64,000 nt of DNA from Leidyana gryllorum EB-2025a (lineage: Eukaryota > Protista > Apicomplexa): assembly GCA_048772705.1 (NCBI GenBank), contig JBLWGC010000224.1, positions 1-64,000 on the forward strand, written 5' to 3'. Under the pieces are notes generated by a model that saw only the letters and a list, made by a program, of their open reading frames with translations, ran no database searches and was not told the DNA's origin. Made by a program: the position numbers and the translations under genes. Within the stretch, counting starts at the first letter, position 1. Each line of letters starts with the position of its first letter. Shown here one piece after another: positions 12,102 to 23,798 of this stretch.

Positions 12102-13827
12102 TTAGTTCATCTTGGAATTCCGTTCCCAGATCGTACTACCCATCTTCCAGCCTTTCTCAGGATCGATCATGTCGAATCTATCAGAAAGTGTGTCACACAG
12201 AGCCCCATCTGAACTTACTTTGGCAGAATTATCTCCAAGAAGTGCACACCGGGTGTGGTGCAACGCTTCAAGGCTTCGATCAACTCCTCTTCGGTTCCGA
12301 CTTTGATGCTATTTTGTGCACCCATGGCTCTGGCAAGGCCGGCATAGCTGGAAGTGTTTGTCTCAGATGACAGTGAGGGTGAATTACTCACTCAATGGAA
12401 GGAATATCATTATATATATTGTCCTTGATGGTCCGTTCGACGAGATATCCGTCGTTATTGGCAACCATGTAGATCAACGGATGTTCCCCGCTACAACGCA
12501 CCATGTTGGCAATCTCATTATGTGTCATCTGAAACGCTCCGTCTCCGATCACACTGATAGTTCTCCCATTCTCCCAGCTGCGATGACTCAAATGCACTCC
12601 TAATACTGCCCCACCCGACCAACCAATGGAAGCATACATTTCCTGATAAAAGATGGGTACGTCCGGGCGAAGTCGCAAAGTTCCCAAATCGAACGTAACC
12701 CGTCCAGTATCGCGAACAACTTTATCTCCGGGTTGGATAGTTTCGGCTAAGATCCTCGAAAGGCCCTTAACGGTCAGTTTCTCTTGCGGGTTAGGAAGAA
12801 CGACTTTTGCCAGATAGTCTTGAGCGGGAGTTGGGAATTTATCGGGTAATGTGGACTTGAAGGCGCCCTTTTCGCCGGCTAAGCTGATGGCGTTCTCTAA
12901 TATTCGAATGGCGGTGCCCAACGATGGTGGGGCGTCACAGATTGTGATACGGAAACTCGAAACCTCGTGCTCTGCCTCTGGAATCACTCCGAAGCCGGAA
13001 GTCAGGTCATGATGGGTCCAGCCCAAATGTATGACTGGGCTGTACCCCGAAAGATCTGATATGTGATCTCCTATCGACCTCCAGCCTTCTGAATGGTACA
13101 AACCGGCTGAGCCCAGCGCATGGGTGACTGTGGCTTGGTCGAAAGACTTGAGCCATGCTGCGACGTAGCGACCCACTGGCGATCGACTTAGAATATTGAG
13201 CTCTTCACCAATAATCAATAGGGGTTTAGACCCTTCACGGATGAGCTCGTTGAGCCTCTCACCAGCAGCTGTGTACTCGGGAGTCACTCGGGGTGGTGCA
13301 GAGGGCGAGGGAGTTTGCTCTGGCAAAGCGTGGTCGAAGAGGCCACAAGGCACTGAGAGGTAGGAAGGACCCCGTGCCATAGGCGCGCGGGAGAGGAAAG
13401 GCGCGAGCTCGGCCATATTGTCAGGAGTGAGGATCAGAGACTGCGCACATATGCTCTCCATTGCACGACAACTGCTCAACAAATTGTCAGGAGACGCTTG
13501 GTGATGAATTCTGGCGCCATCAGTATTGGGTCTTCCAACGACAATGAGCATCGGGATACCCTCGGCATTGGCTCCGCCGATACCATTGGCTCCTGACAAC
13601 TCTCCGACTCCAAAAGTGACAGCCGTGCAAGCATAATGGCTGGCGCGAGCGTAGCCGTCGGTGGCATACGAAGCGTTGAGCTCATTCGTGCAGGAGATCA
13701 GAGCCAGTGAGTCATCACGCACCACAGTCTCAAGGAAGGAGAGTACAAAGTCCCCGGCTACACCGAAAATGTGATCTACTCCATTGGCACGCAGATGCAA
13801 ACAAATGTACTCAGCGACTGTGGGCAT
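12102..13827 (-). CDS. PDC: Pyruvate decarboxylase / 2-oxoacid decarboxylase (TPP-dependent), 3 exons
   Basis: FGVAGDF, CTNELNA (TPP Glu), TFGVGELS, IHH, YASIGW and the GDGAFQMT...NNDGY TPP motif. Two further exons end ERNSKMN* at 12102-12104. Confidence 0.9.
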
Positions 13828-14004
13828 TAGGACGACACCCAGAGTTAGATGGGGAGAAGAAGAAGCCTCAAAAAGGTCTGAGATAGGAGAGAGGCAGTGT
13901 CTCTTGAAAGTATCTCTACTCGGTGCGTAACTTGGGGCCGGACGTTGTCACGAAGGATTTCCAACTTATGAGGATCGGTTCGGGGGATTTTTTTTCTCGG
14001 GCAG

Positions 14005-16527
14005 ATGAGCCGTAAAAGGGCCACACGAGAGTGGACCGAAGTGGACTTTGATGAAAGGTGAGGAGTTTCGTCGTCTGTCGGTCTATGCAACAGCCCATTC
14101 AGTCTGCGCGCAGAAGGTTTGTGGGGTTTCGAGGTACTGAGCCCGGCTAAAAGTGGCTCCCCAGCAAAGAAAGAGCGAATTGCTGTTGCTTCTCCCGATG
14201 AGGGGTCCGATAGTCCGAGTTTGGACGATGATGTGAAAGTGAAAGAGTCTCAGGAGGAGGCCGAAGAAGCGATGCCGGAATGGGAAGACCCTTTCGAGGC
14301 TCGCTTACCTGAATTTGCTCCGCAAGTATCCAATTGGACACACTTGAACGTCACTGATATCAATAATGTTTCGGCCGAGACAAAAGCGGTTTTAGTCAGC
14401 TGCGCCGGTGCCCTGAAACTCGCACCTCTGATACTCCACAACCTCACACAACTCGGTTGGGGAGAGCCGACCGAAGTGCAAAAACAAGTTATTCCCATCA
14501 GCATTGTCCGACGTTCTGATACTATCATTGCCTCCGAGACAGGTTCCGGGAAAACAGGAGCCTATATGATCCCAATCATCAACATGATGCTGGAGGGATG
14601 GCAGAAACACTCCGAGAGACAGCGACATCTGGAAGCCATCGTTGTCGTCCCCTCCCGAGAACTCGCCACCCAGGTTGAGGCAGTCACCACAAAATTGGCT
14701 GAACACTCCGGTATCAGAACAGCGTTGCTGATCGGTGGGATGTCAGTGGATAAACAAGCGCGACTGCTGCGCAAATGCCCCAACATAGTCATCGGAACAG
14801 TCGGGCGCATGACAATCCATGTGTTTGGAGATCCGTCAATCCTCAGACCTGCGCACAGTCACATGAGCAATCTCGGTACGGTACGCTATGCGGCTGTAGA
14901 CGAAGCTGACCGTCTCTTGGAGCCTGGGAAAATCCAGGCGTTGCGAGCTCTCTTCGAGAAGATCGCAGCAGATACACAGATCACTGGTCGTAAGTCTTGG
15001 CCACCCCAAAGAATCTCTCTCTCACACATCTCGCTCCCTCCACAGAACGGTGTCAGTACTTTGTGGCATCTGCTACTCTGTCGCTGCCGTCAATCAGCAA
15101 ACGCGGCAAGACGCTCAAGGGACCCCTCGAGTTTATCCCGCTGAATAAAGCCAAACTGCACATTGTCGACCTCAGCAAAGGAGGACTCAGACGCTCGGCC
15201 GTGCTCAAGGAGACGCTGGAACGAATGAGCAGCAGGGAGTTGAAGAAACAAGACTCCTCCACGCTCAAACTCCCGGACGGTCTAAACCTCTCCGTCTCCT
15301 ACCCCCCCGACGGCAAACAAAAGGACGCCTATCTGATGCTCCTGCTGACTCACATCTTCAGCAAACCTGGTGCTCACAAGGTGCTCATCTTTTGCAACTC
15401 GGTGGATAACTGCCAACGGCTCACTAAATTATTGGGAATCGTTTTCAATGCCGAAGCGGGTCAAGCCGCACTCACGCAACTCGAGCAGATGCGCGAGGTG
15501 CTGCGATCTCACCGCCAAACACAGAGTCCAATCACTTCGGCCAGCCCATCTGACTCATCCAAGTCGCACAGCAGTGACTCCGGCACTCCGCCGACCAGCA
15601 AGGCCAACCCCTCCGCAGGTGTCCGCGCCCTTCAGGCTCTGCTTGCGGAGGCCGCTACCGCTGACTCCTCAACTACGAAGAGTCCGCCGGTAGAAGCCGA
15701 GAGCACAGATGACTGTTCTCCGATCAACGAAACACCGGTCTCCGCCCCCCGACGCAAAAGGAGCAGGAATTCACCGGTCCAACGAGCAGTCAGCTGCGAA
15801 GTCTTAACCATCCACGCTCGAAAGACGCACAAAGTGAGGATGTGGGCTATGGAGCGTTTTGCTTCTCCGGAATTCTCCGGGGTATTGGTGGCTACGGATG
15901 TGGCCGCACGCGGATTGGACATTCCAAATGTCCAGTGGGTCATACATGCACAGGCCCCCCGCACTGCACAGACACTGGTGCACCGATGCGGACGGACTGC
16001 GCGAGGTATCAATGGCGAAGGCCACGCCTCATTCATTCTGGCCCCCGAAGATATCCCCAGCTTCCAGACAGTGCTGAGTGGTATAGGGCGGAGTCTGGGC
16101 GATCTTGACCCGTGGGTTCTACACACAATATTGAGCCGGAAAGATTATGCGCGGGCATTGGAGGTCCTATCGTTGGCCGGAGGCATTGAGTCTCTGCACT
16201 TTCGAGTAAGCTATCTATTGCATGGTCGCTCGTTATGCGCACAACTGTGGATTTTCGCAGGTTACGCGGCTGGTAAAAGCCATACAAAGTGACTTATCTT
16301 CACGTGCGGCGGCTGACCTACCGGACCCAGACGCTTCTGAGTGCTTTGAATGGGATGGGGATGACGAAATCAGTCCAAAGACCCGACAGAGCAAAGCAGT
16401 TGCAAGCACCATGATGGTGACACGCAAGGAGTTGGCTGATATCACACGGCGACTCGACTCGGTGAGTTCAGTTGGAGGTATAGATCTACGTGGTAATGTG
16501 TCTGACAGATATTACGCGGCGGGCTGA
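14005..16527 (+). CDS. DDX24: DEAD-box RNA helicase, DDX24/Mak5-like, 4 exons
   Basis: Q motif PTEVQ, SETGSGKT, PSRELA, GGMSVDKQ, DEAD, SAT, ATDVAARGLDIP and HRCGRTAR. The first exon (MSRKRATREWTEVD) starts at ATG 14005. Confidence 0.85.
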
Positions 16528-16628
16528 TACCACAAGGGCTGTAGTCCATCGGGGGTTGTCCGAGTCGCAAAAAATGTGCACTGTTTTTTTTTGAGAGTCG
16601 TGCCCTGCCATACTCGGATCGCTTATCT

Positions 16629-18940
16629 ATGGTGGTGGACAAGAAGCGTCTACCGACGAATTCCCTAGCGGCTGCGGCCGTTGGAGGGAGTATGATGAAC
16701 GAAGGTGGTTTACCTAGTGCTGGGAGCTATGAGGCTCAGATCTATCAAGATGCATGGGGTCAAGGAGAAAATGAAGGGGATTCCGGCGAAGAGGACGCTC
16801 TTTCCAAGGTGGATCGGGCCCTGGCAATGGAAGTTAATATTCCTTTGGATCATAAGGGCGAGTTGGTATCCTTCAGAGAAGTTCGTGTGTGGAAGCTACC
16901 CTCTCAGCCGGATCTTACCAAGTTGAAGAATCGTATCAACGATGAGTGGATAAAACCGTTAAACTTGAAGCAACAGGATATTGTAAAGGCCAGCGGATTA
17001 GGAGCACCTTACGTCTGCTACCTTCTGAAAGATCCCAACTCTCCCAACATGAATCGACGACGAAAGATTGAAGCATTCTCCGTTCTGACGGAGTTGTTCA
17101 GAAAATTCGATGCCAAGCAAGTTACCAAGCAGGATTTCATCCGGTTACGAGATCAGCGTGTGGCCAATAGGTTCCAGGGACCTCGTCAGGATCGATCAGG
17201 TCGCGGAAATAACGTCGGACGGCCCCAACAACGGAGACGCCGACGGAGACCAGATGACTTTGAAGGCGAAGGCGAGGAAGATGATGGAAGTGAGGGAGAG
17301 GACCCCAATGATCCGCACAGCCGGATGAGACGTAAAAGGCCGAAGCTATATAATGGTACGTTCGGTTCCCCTTCCCCATCCTTTTAAATTTAAATTACCC
17401 TTTCTTACCCTTTTACGGCCGACTCCTCGCTTAGGCATGGAGGCACCCGTCGGGAAGAACGGCGCGGGCGCTGTCATGGACCCGTTTTATCTTCAGCAAA
17501 TGATGCAATCCGGTACCATGCACGCCGCTCCCCAGTGTGTTGTCCCCTTTATATTCTCTATGTCCCCTCCTCCCAGTTACGATGTTTGTTAATTGTTGCA
17601 GGCACACTCCCTTACTATCAAGATCCCGCTATGTTCGCCGCTTCCGGAATGAAAATGTATCCATACCCTGCCATGATGCCTATGGCGATGCCCCCGTATG
17701 GCGGAGGTATGCCGTATTCCCCCATGGGTCTAGCGAACTATGTCCCTATGGGCCCTGCATGGCCGCACCCAGACTGGAGTCTAAATGTAACAAGAGGCAG
17801 GTATCAGACCCACGATGGCAACTTGAGTGAAGCAGACGGAACTCCATTCCAAGCCCCTTACCCACCCGGCTTTCCTCCGGTCATTCGCACAGTTACGTCC
17901 ATAAACGCTCCCACAGCTGGTTCGGATCACCAGCTGATCGACGGACCTCCGTCAGCTGTCCTACAACCGGACAAATCAGGGCCGAATGCAAAGCTGGAGC
18001 CAAATAGCGGAGACTCCAAAGGGCATGACAACTGGGTTCGTGACAAACTCTCGGCGCTTGCCAAACGAGTGATTGTTCCGAAGAGTTCACAAGGCCAGCC
18101 ACCGGTCTTCAGGGAGCCGACAACTGACGCCTTTGTCTTCTTGATCGAACGCGATAGTTGTCTCCTTCCGATTGGGGTAAAGATAAATCCAGGTCCAGCT
18201 CGCGATCCTAGCATCAACATGTGGGATATCAAGGCTCTCAGAAAAGATGCAGAAGAAGCTGATTGGTTGGACGAGAACCGAGACTGGGATGATTGCTTGT
18301 GGGTGCTGTGGGACATCAAGGAAACCGGCACGGCTGTTCAGGCGCTCTTTGAAAAGTGGCGTCAAGATCACAAACTTAGCGCCGACGACGTGAACAAAGT
18401 CTCTGCGTGCTTCCTCTCGCAATACGCTTACCTTCGAGACATTGAGCTCAGTTTCCAGGCGCTTCTGGCCCACGCCACGCCTGATGAGAACTTCTGTCGG
18501 AATGTTGAGATAAATTGTGATCTTTTGGAGGTACGTCACCAAATTTAGCTCTCTCTGATCAAATTTTCCTTTCTTTAACAGGAACGCATTCGTGTCAAGG
18601 ATGCCTTCGTGTGGGACATCAGAAGTACTGATTGGGACTTGATGGTGAGTTCTTTCCTCCTCCTCCTTCCCCTTGTCATGCCCTCCCTCCTCAGGCGTTA
18701 CTATCCAACTTTGTTGCGGACTTCATGTTGGATTCTCCTGCCATATCTTCCTTATTCATTGACCTCAAGACCACCATTCTGAGATATCGAAAGGTAACCC
18801 CGCTGAAATCTCAACTCCCATTGTCAATGCACTTTCAGGAATGGGTGAACGGGATGCTGGAGCGCTTGACAGCTGAGAGGAAGATCGATCCTGCAAAGGT
18901 TTTGCCAGGGAATCTGGGCCCGCTGCTGGAGCAGCATTGA
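16629..18940 (+). CDS. SNF5/SMARCB1-like protein with N-terminal HTH-like segment, multi-exon
   Basis: The spliced C-terminus VEINCDLLE|ERIRVKDAFVWDI...FVADFML resembles a SNF5 repeat. The N-terminus has LNLKQQDIVKASGLGAPYVCYLLK and basic NLS-like runs. Confidence 0.6.
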
Positions 18941-19244
18941 ACTGAGAGCGGTTCCTCGCCGTTGTGCGAGGGCAATTTTTTATGCTGTGTCAGCTAACCC
19001 ACCATTGAACGTTTACACGCTATTACCGATCTACGACTACTACTACTACTTCTGCTTCCAACCAACGACAACCTGCGACTGATTGTGGTAAAAAGACTTT
19101 GACCGATGAAAATATGTTCGTCAATGAGTGTGTACAAAGGAGACGACACAGTTATGTGTCATGACAGAATCAATGCATATCCACTTCATCCATCTCCGAC
19201 GTCCTGTGTCTGATATAAGATATTGACTTGTGAAAGAGGGGGAC

Positions 19245-19310
19245 AGTGAGTGAGTGAGTGAGTGGGGTGGGTGGTGAGTGAGTGAGTGAGTGGGTGGGTG
19301 AGTGAGTGAG
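19245..19310. repeat. Imperfect (GTGA)n/(GTGG)n tetranucleotide microsatellite
   Basis: gtgagtgagtgagtgagtggggtgggtggtgagtgagtgagtgagtgggtgggtgagtgagtgag, in the non-coding gap between convergent genes. Confidence 0.9.
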
Positions 19311-19332
19311 GTCGTGACTTATTCTTCTTATT

Positions 19333-19596
19333 TCAGTATCGTCTGTGGTGTCGACGTCGGCGGCGTCGTCGCCTTCTCCCGTCATCTGTGTCCCGTCTGC
19401 GTGTGACCATTGCTAAAATGACCCCCCCAACGACTGTCATTGTCAATACTCCGAATAGGCCAAAACTCGTGGTCATTGCTGCTTGATTGTGCCAATAGGC
19501 TTGACCCATTGCCCCTTGGGGGTATCCCTGCACAACATTCGCGATGGAGCTGGCGATACTCGCCCCCCCCAAAGCGATACCTGTCGTCTTATCCAT
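19333..19596 (-). CDS. Small membrane protein (87 aa) with Arg-rich C-terminal tail
   Basis: ATG preceded by A9TT. Hydrophobic FGLFGVLTMTVVGGVILAMV is followed by RRRD...RRRRRRRRRHHRRY. Confidence 0.65.
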   Translation of the reverse strand: MDKTTGIALGGASIASSIANVVQGYPQGAMGQAYWHNQAAMTTSFGLFGVLTMTVVGGVILAMVTRRRDTDDGRRRRRRRRRHHRRY

Positions 19597-19619
19597 AATT
19601 TTTTTTTCAGCTTCTTTCG

Positions 19620-20356
19620 ATGCGTACCTGGCCGATCTTCGCAGCGCTCGCTAGTCGAGGACTCGGGGAGCTCGTCGCTCGCGAGAGGACTCGGTGAGTT
19701 GAATCGAATCTGTCACTGATCTAACGACACAACACATCAGATGCTACACCGACTGTTGTTCCAACGTGGGTCCTTGTGTCGAAAGCACCGATGCGGAAAA
19801 GTGCCTTGATCTCCTACCGACAAACTGCACCGTCTATGTAGAAGAATATCACCACGCAACCGCGTGTGGAGTGGGTCCTAGTCTGGTGATTAGTGACCCC
19901 CTATTACTTGAAACTGTTCTACGTGATGAGTACTATGATAATGCTATTACCATTCGGAGCAGCATTCCTGGGGCGTCTCTGTTCTCATCAAGTTGCATCT
20001 TTGATCGGTTTTTTATCACTTCTTTCGCGGATCAGTGTTACACTGCCTCTTACCTCGGGGCGGGTCTACGCGGCTCATTTGAAGTCGACGAATCCTGGCG
20101 TACATACGTGCGATTGTTGACGAATCCGGGCATGACACAGCTATCCAGAACGAAGGGCACCATTCTCTTCATCCCGTCCATGGCGGGTGCTGAATGCGTA
20201 ATCAATGAGGCCGCCCGACCTATTGGGGAGATACGTGTGTGGCGCAGCACCTATGGACGGGCCGAAGATCTCGATAGTGATGGAGTTAATGTTAGTCTCG
20301 CGCATAACGCGCTGTATTTGTTGCTAGTCGCACTAGCAACAAGATTCTTGTTGTAA
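19620..20356 (+). CDS. Cys-rich secreted, probably GPI-anchored surface protein, 2 exons
   Basis: Exon 1 (MRTWPIFAALAS...) joins the 19766 ORF in frame through intron 19694-19740. It has many Cys and a hydrophobic C-terminus ALYLLLVALATRFLL*. Confidence 0.7.
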
Positions 20357-20365
20357 GCATACTGC

Positions 20366-20824
20366 TCACGAAGTTTTGGGACTCCATCCAATATATCTGT
20401 CTCTCGATGTCCCACGGCCGGGACACTTACTGTTCCGACAGTACCAATACATCACGCCAGTGTAGCTTTTGCTGCCAGCTCCGGGCTTCTCACAGTCTGG
20501 ACATACTCTCAAATTCATCAACGACGCGGCGCGTCGTGTCGAGTATCTCCGTGCCGCGCCTTTCTTCTTCATAGGCTCTGGCGAGTCTACGATCTCTTCA
20601 TTATGTACCTCCGTTTTTCTCTTCTTCGACGAAGATGAGATACCTATCGGCTGATCGTCGAGAATTTGATCCTTTATTTGACGAGTGCATTCAACCGCTC
20701 CTGTCAGAGCGGCGACACTCGAAACAAGTAGTCTGTTGATCGAATCCTTCAATGTTGACAATTCTTCAATGATGTCTTCCAGCCGCTTAGTACCTTCAGT
20801 CGCTATAGTCTTGTTGTCCACCAT
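20366..20824 (-). CDS. Hypothetical protein: coiled-coil-like N-terminus + C-terminal C4 zinc-ribbon-like domain
   Basis: ATG 20824; CPDC-x17-CRNSKC..RYIGWS; KKRK NLS-like motif. Confidence 0.65.
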   Translation of the reverse strand: MVDNKTIATEGTKRLEDIIEELSTLKDSINRLLVSSVAALTGAVECTRQIKDQILDDQPIGISSSSKKRKTEVHNEEIVDSPEPMKKKGAARRYSTRRAASLMNLRVCPDCEKPGAGSKSYTGVMYWYCRNSKCPGRGTSRDRYIGWSPKTS

Positions 20825-20874
20825 CCGCAATTTTGATGCTAATGATGCTTGCCGTTCAACCAACACAGCTTCCT

Positions 20875-21600
20875 TCAAATCGGATTGAGACTCCAGCCAA
20901 TGTACTTGTCACTTGTCGACCCTCGCCCAGGACACAGTGTGTTGCGGCAGTAATAGTATGTCACCCCGGACTGACTTTTGCTGCCACCACCACGTTTTCC
21001 GCAGTCGGGACAATATCGCATATCCTGAAGGGCCGGGTCCTGACGACTCCGGTGGGTGCGAGGCACTGGTAGCGTGTTTTTGGCAACTGTCTTCCTAACT
21101 ACCCGGTCCGCGCGAGCTGTAGGCGATGTCGAACGCGCAAGTTTGAAGTGAAAATCCATGTCATGGTCTTGCTCTATAGTGGACGGTGGAGGAGTAGGCG
21201 GCATGTGCGAGTTGACCCCGCGTCTCTCGTCCGCGATTGTAAAAGGAGCGTTGTGGGCCGCGTCCACTGGCGGGCCGGGTACAAACAACGGTTCTTCCTC
21301 GTTCCGATTCGTGCTGCGTGCAACATATGACCAAACCTGGGCCACGTCACTCAATTGATTGGTGGCGTTGCGAAGTAAACGTTCTAATAACGGCAACAGG
21401 ATATTCAAGTCTAATGTCTCGTCAGTGGACAGCGGGATAGGCGAAGGCTCCCGCGAGTGGTGTTGGACAGCGGGATCTGAGGGGTACTGCGGCGAGGGTG
21501 TCAAAGCAAACTCGTGACGTCGCCTCCGGTCCGCGTATAGGTGCGGAGGCATCACAGCGATGTCCAGAAAGTTTGCTGCAGCTGAGTTCCTGTGACGCAT
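20875..21600 (-). CDS. Hypothetical protein with the same C-terminal C4 zinc-ribbon-like domain
   Basis: First ATG 21600; CPDC-x17-CRNTLC..KYIGWS, clearly paralogous to the neighbour's domain. Confidence 0.65.
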   Translation of the reverse strand: MRHRNSAAANFLDIAVMPPHLYADRRRRHEFALTPSPQYPSDPAVQHHSREPSPIPLSTDETLDLNILLPLLERLLRNATNQLSDVAQVWSYVARSTNRNEEEPLFVPGPPVDAAHNAPFTIADERRGVNSHMPPTPPPSTIEQDHDMDFHFKLARSTSPTARADRVVRKTVAKNTLPVPRTHRSRQDPALQDMRYCPDCGKRGGGSKSQSGVTYYYCRNTLCPGRGSTSDKYIGWSLNPI

Positions 21601-21638
21601 GCGTGCTGTTCCATCGGTGAAAAGCACATGCTACCCCA

Positions 21639-23719
21639 ATGCCTAACGTGGCAGACTACGATCTTCGCGTCTCACGTCTCTACCCACAGAAATGTGATGA
21701 CAAATTACCGTTCGCAGGCGTCCCTACTGAAGAATTGGCCCGGAGAAATGAGATAAACGGCAAAGCAGGCAAAGGCCGACACAACCGACAACAGAGCCTC
21801 GGAGTCAAACAGGTCTTCACCGAGAATGAAGGCCCAGAGCTTTCCAGTATGGAACTTCTGGGAACCTGTAAGTATCTCCAGCTCTTCTGATGTGAACAAT
21901 TGGCCTCGTAGGTAAGAGACGAGCACCTCCAGCCTCCAGCGGTCTCTGGATGGCACATTCTGCTGCCAACGACAAGAATGACGAGTAAGTTGTCGTCGGA
22001 GTCGCAAACGCAAGCACATCCCGCTTCCAGGACCTCGCGCCTACACACCGGACGAAGGATGCCGGCTATGCAAAGGTGTCATGTCTCAGATATGTTGATT
22101 GCCAGCGGAGACTGGAGCCATTGGAGCAGTGACATAGAGCGGAGAGGCCGAGTGAGTTTTGAAACCGACCAACAGAGTCAAATGATGCTCTCCGCACCAC
22201 AGGGACCCTCGAGATCACAAGTTGATTTCGCCAACGGCTTCTCGGATATCCACAGTTTGTACCCTGTCATGCAACGCAACCAAGAAACTACTGATACAGT
22301 GCAAAAGGGCATCGGAAGGGTGCAACTCTATGATAATATTCGCAGCAGTTCCAACAATATCTTCTCATACGAGCTGCCGAAGAAGAGAGACGCGATGTAC
22401 AAGGGCTGCATCGACAGACCCGTTGTTATGGAGGACACTTATCGACGAAGTCACTTGGTCGCCGCCGAGGGATTCTTGGGCCCCCAGACCCGCAAAGATG
22501 AGATTGAGGCCAGCAAGCCCCAATCGGGACCGAACAATAACATGGCTACCGTCACTCATCTGACAGGTGGAGCTGTTCCCTCTGTCCACTACTCTGACTC
22601 ATTCGAGAGCAAGCGGAAACTTAAACGGAAACCCTTCCTTGACGAGTAAGTCGACACACCGACCAAAGTTTCTCATCAATCACCCACAACCTGCAGTCAA
22701 GTGAAGCAGCTGGCAGTGGCCGCAGTGGGATTGGAGAACACCGAAGCTCCAGCACCTATCAAGGGCGTTTCTGGATGCACCAAACGTATCTTGTCACGTC
22801 CACAACTCAGATGTGACACGAAGGATACTCGACACCGCAGCCGGAGAGGACCTGCTGATGCATTGGCTCAGGTAAATGACACCAGGCAGCGCTGATCTAA
22901 TTTACTATCAATCAGACCGACCACATCTGGGAGATCGATCGAGGTTGGGCTTTCGACCAGTGGCGAACCCCTCGACCACTGCCTCGCGACAGCTGGGATC
23001 GGTGGGATACTATCAGAGATTGGGAATGTGACCATGAGGTTCAATTCCCTCACGCTCCCCGTTTCGACCGCCTCAGTTCCAACACCAGCCGAAAGGTTGA
23101 CGAAGAGGTTTGCGAACCTCGACGACCTCGGGACAGAGACCATAACCAGGAGGTCTTCGACCACAGTGTCTCAGCCAGAAAACAACGTGATATGGAAGCC
23201 AAACGGAGTTTCATTCCTGATTGTTGCACAGGTGAACCTCCAATCCAGACAGCTGCCGACGCTCAACCCACACGACCCCCTCCGGGCTGTGATGATGAGT
23301 TAAACCAGGCTGAAAGACCGCCACGTATTCCAATGTACCAAGACCAGGACCGCAGCCCGAGTCAGATGAATCCACACGTAGCTTTTGTCTGTGAGCGACC
23401 AGATGAACAGGGTGAAGCTCCTCCAAATGATCAGCCCGAACCTTCATTTGGAGAGGTCAAATCGCCGTTGATAGAAGAGCCTGAATCCACTCCCGTAGTG
23501 ACAGTTGCTGGACCTATCACTCCGGACATGGTTCAACAAAGAGAGGAGGACTATCCCTCTGAACCCTCGAAGCAGCGGAGGGAGGAAGTTGCAGCTGACT
23601 CACCTGTCCAACCTGATAGATTCGGCCAGCCATACGACAAGCGAGCCACCAGGGAGGCGGTTTTCGAGAACGGCCAGCCGGCAATAAACATCCACCACAC
23701 ACGTTTGACCCCCAATTAG
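21639..23719 (+). CDS. Hypothetical hydrophilic protein, multi-exon
   Basis: The ORFs at 21639, 21978, 22701, 23028 and 23192 appear linked by GT-AG introns (e.g. donor 22646). Not all junctions were resolved. No domain recognised. Confidence 0.55.
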
Positions 23720-23798
23720 GGTTTGGTATTTTCGGGTGTCTTTCTGCTTCATACACAATTAGACCAGATTTCGTCGTTGCATATTTCTGCTCTTATCT

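Noticed and set aside
19245-19310. (GTGA)n array resembling stacked splice donors or a telomeric repeat
   Set aside because: It is a short imperfect microsatellite. Similar tetranucleotide runs occur in introns or gaps (6603, 7971, 44161, 63262) and are consistent with slippage.
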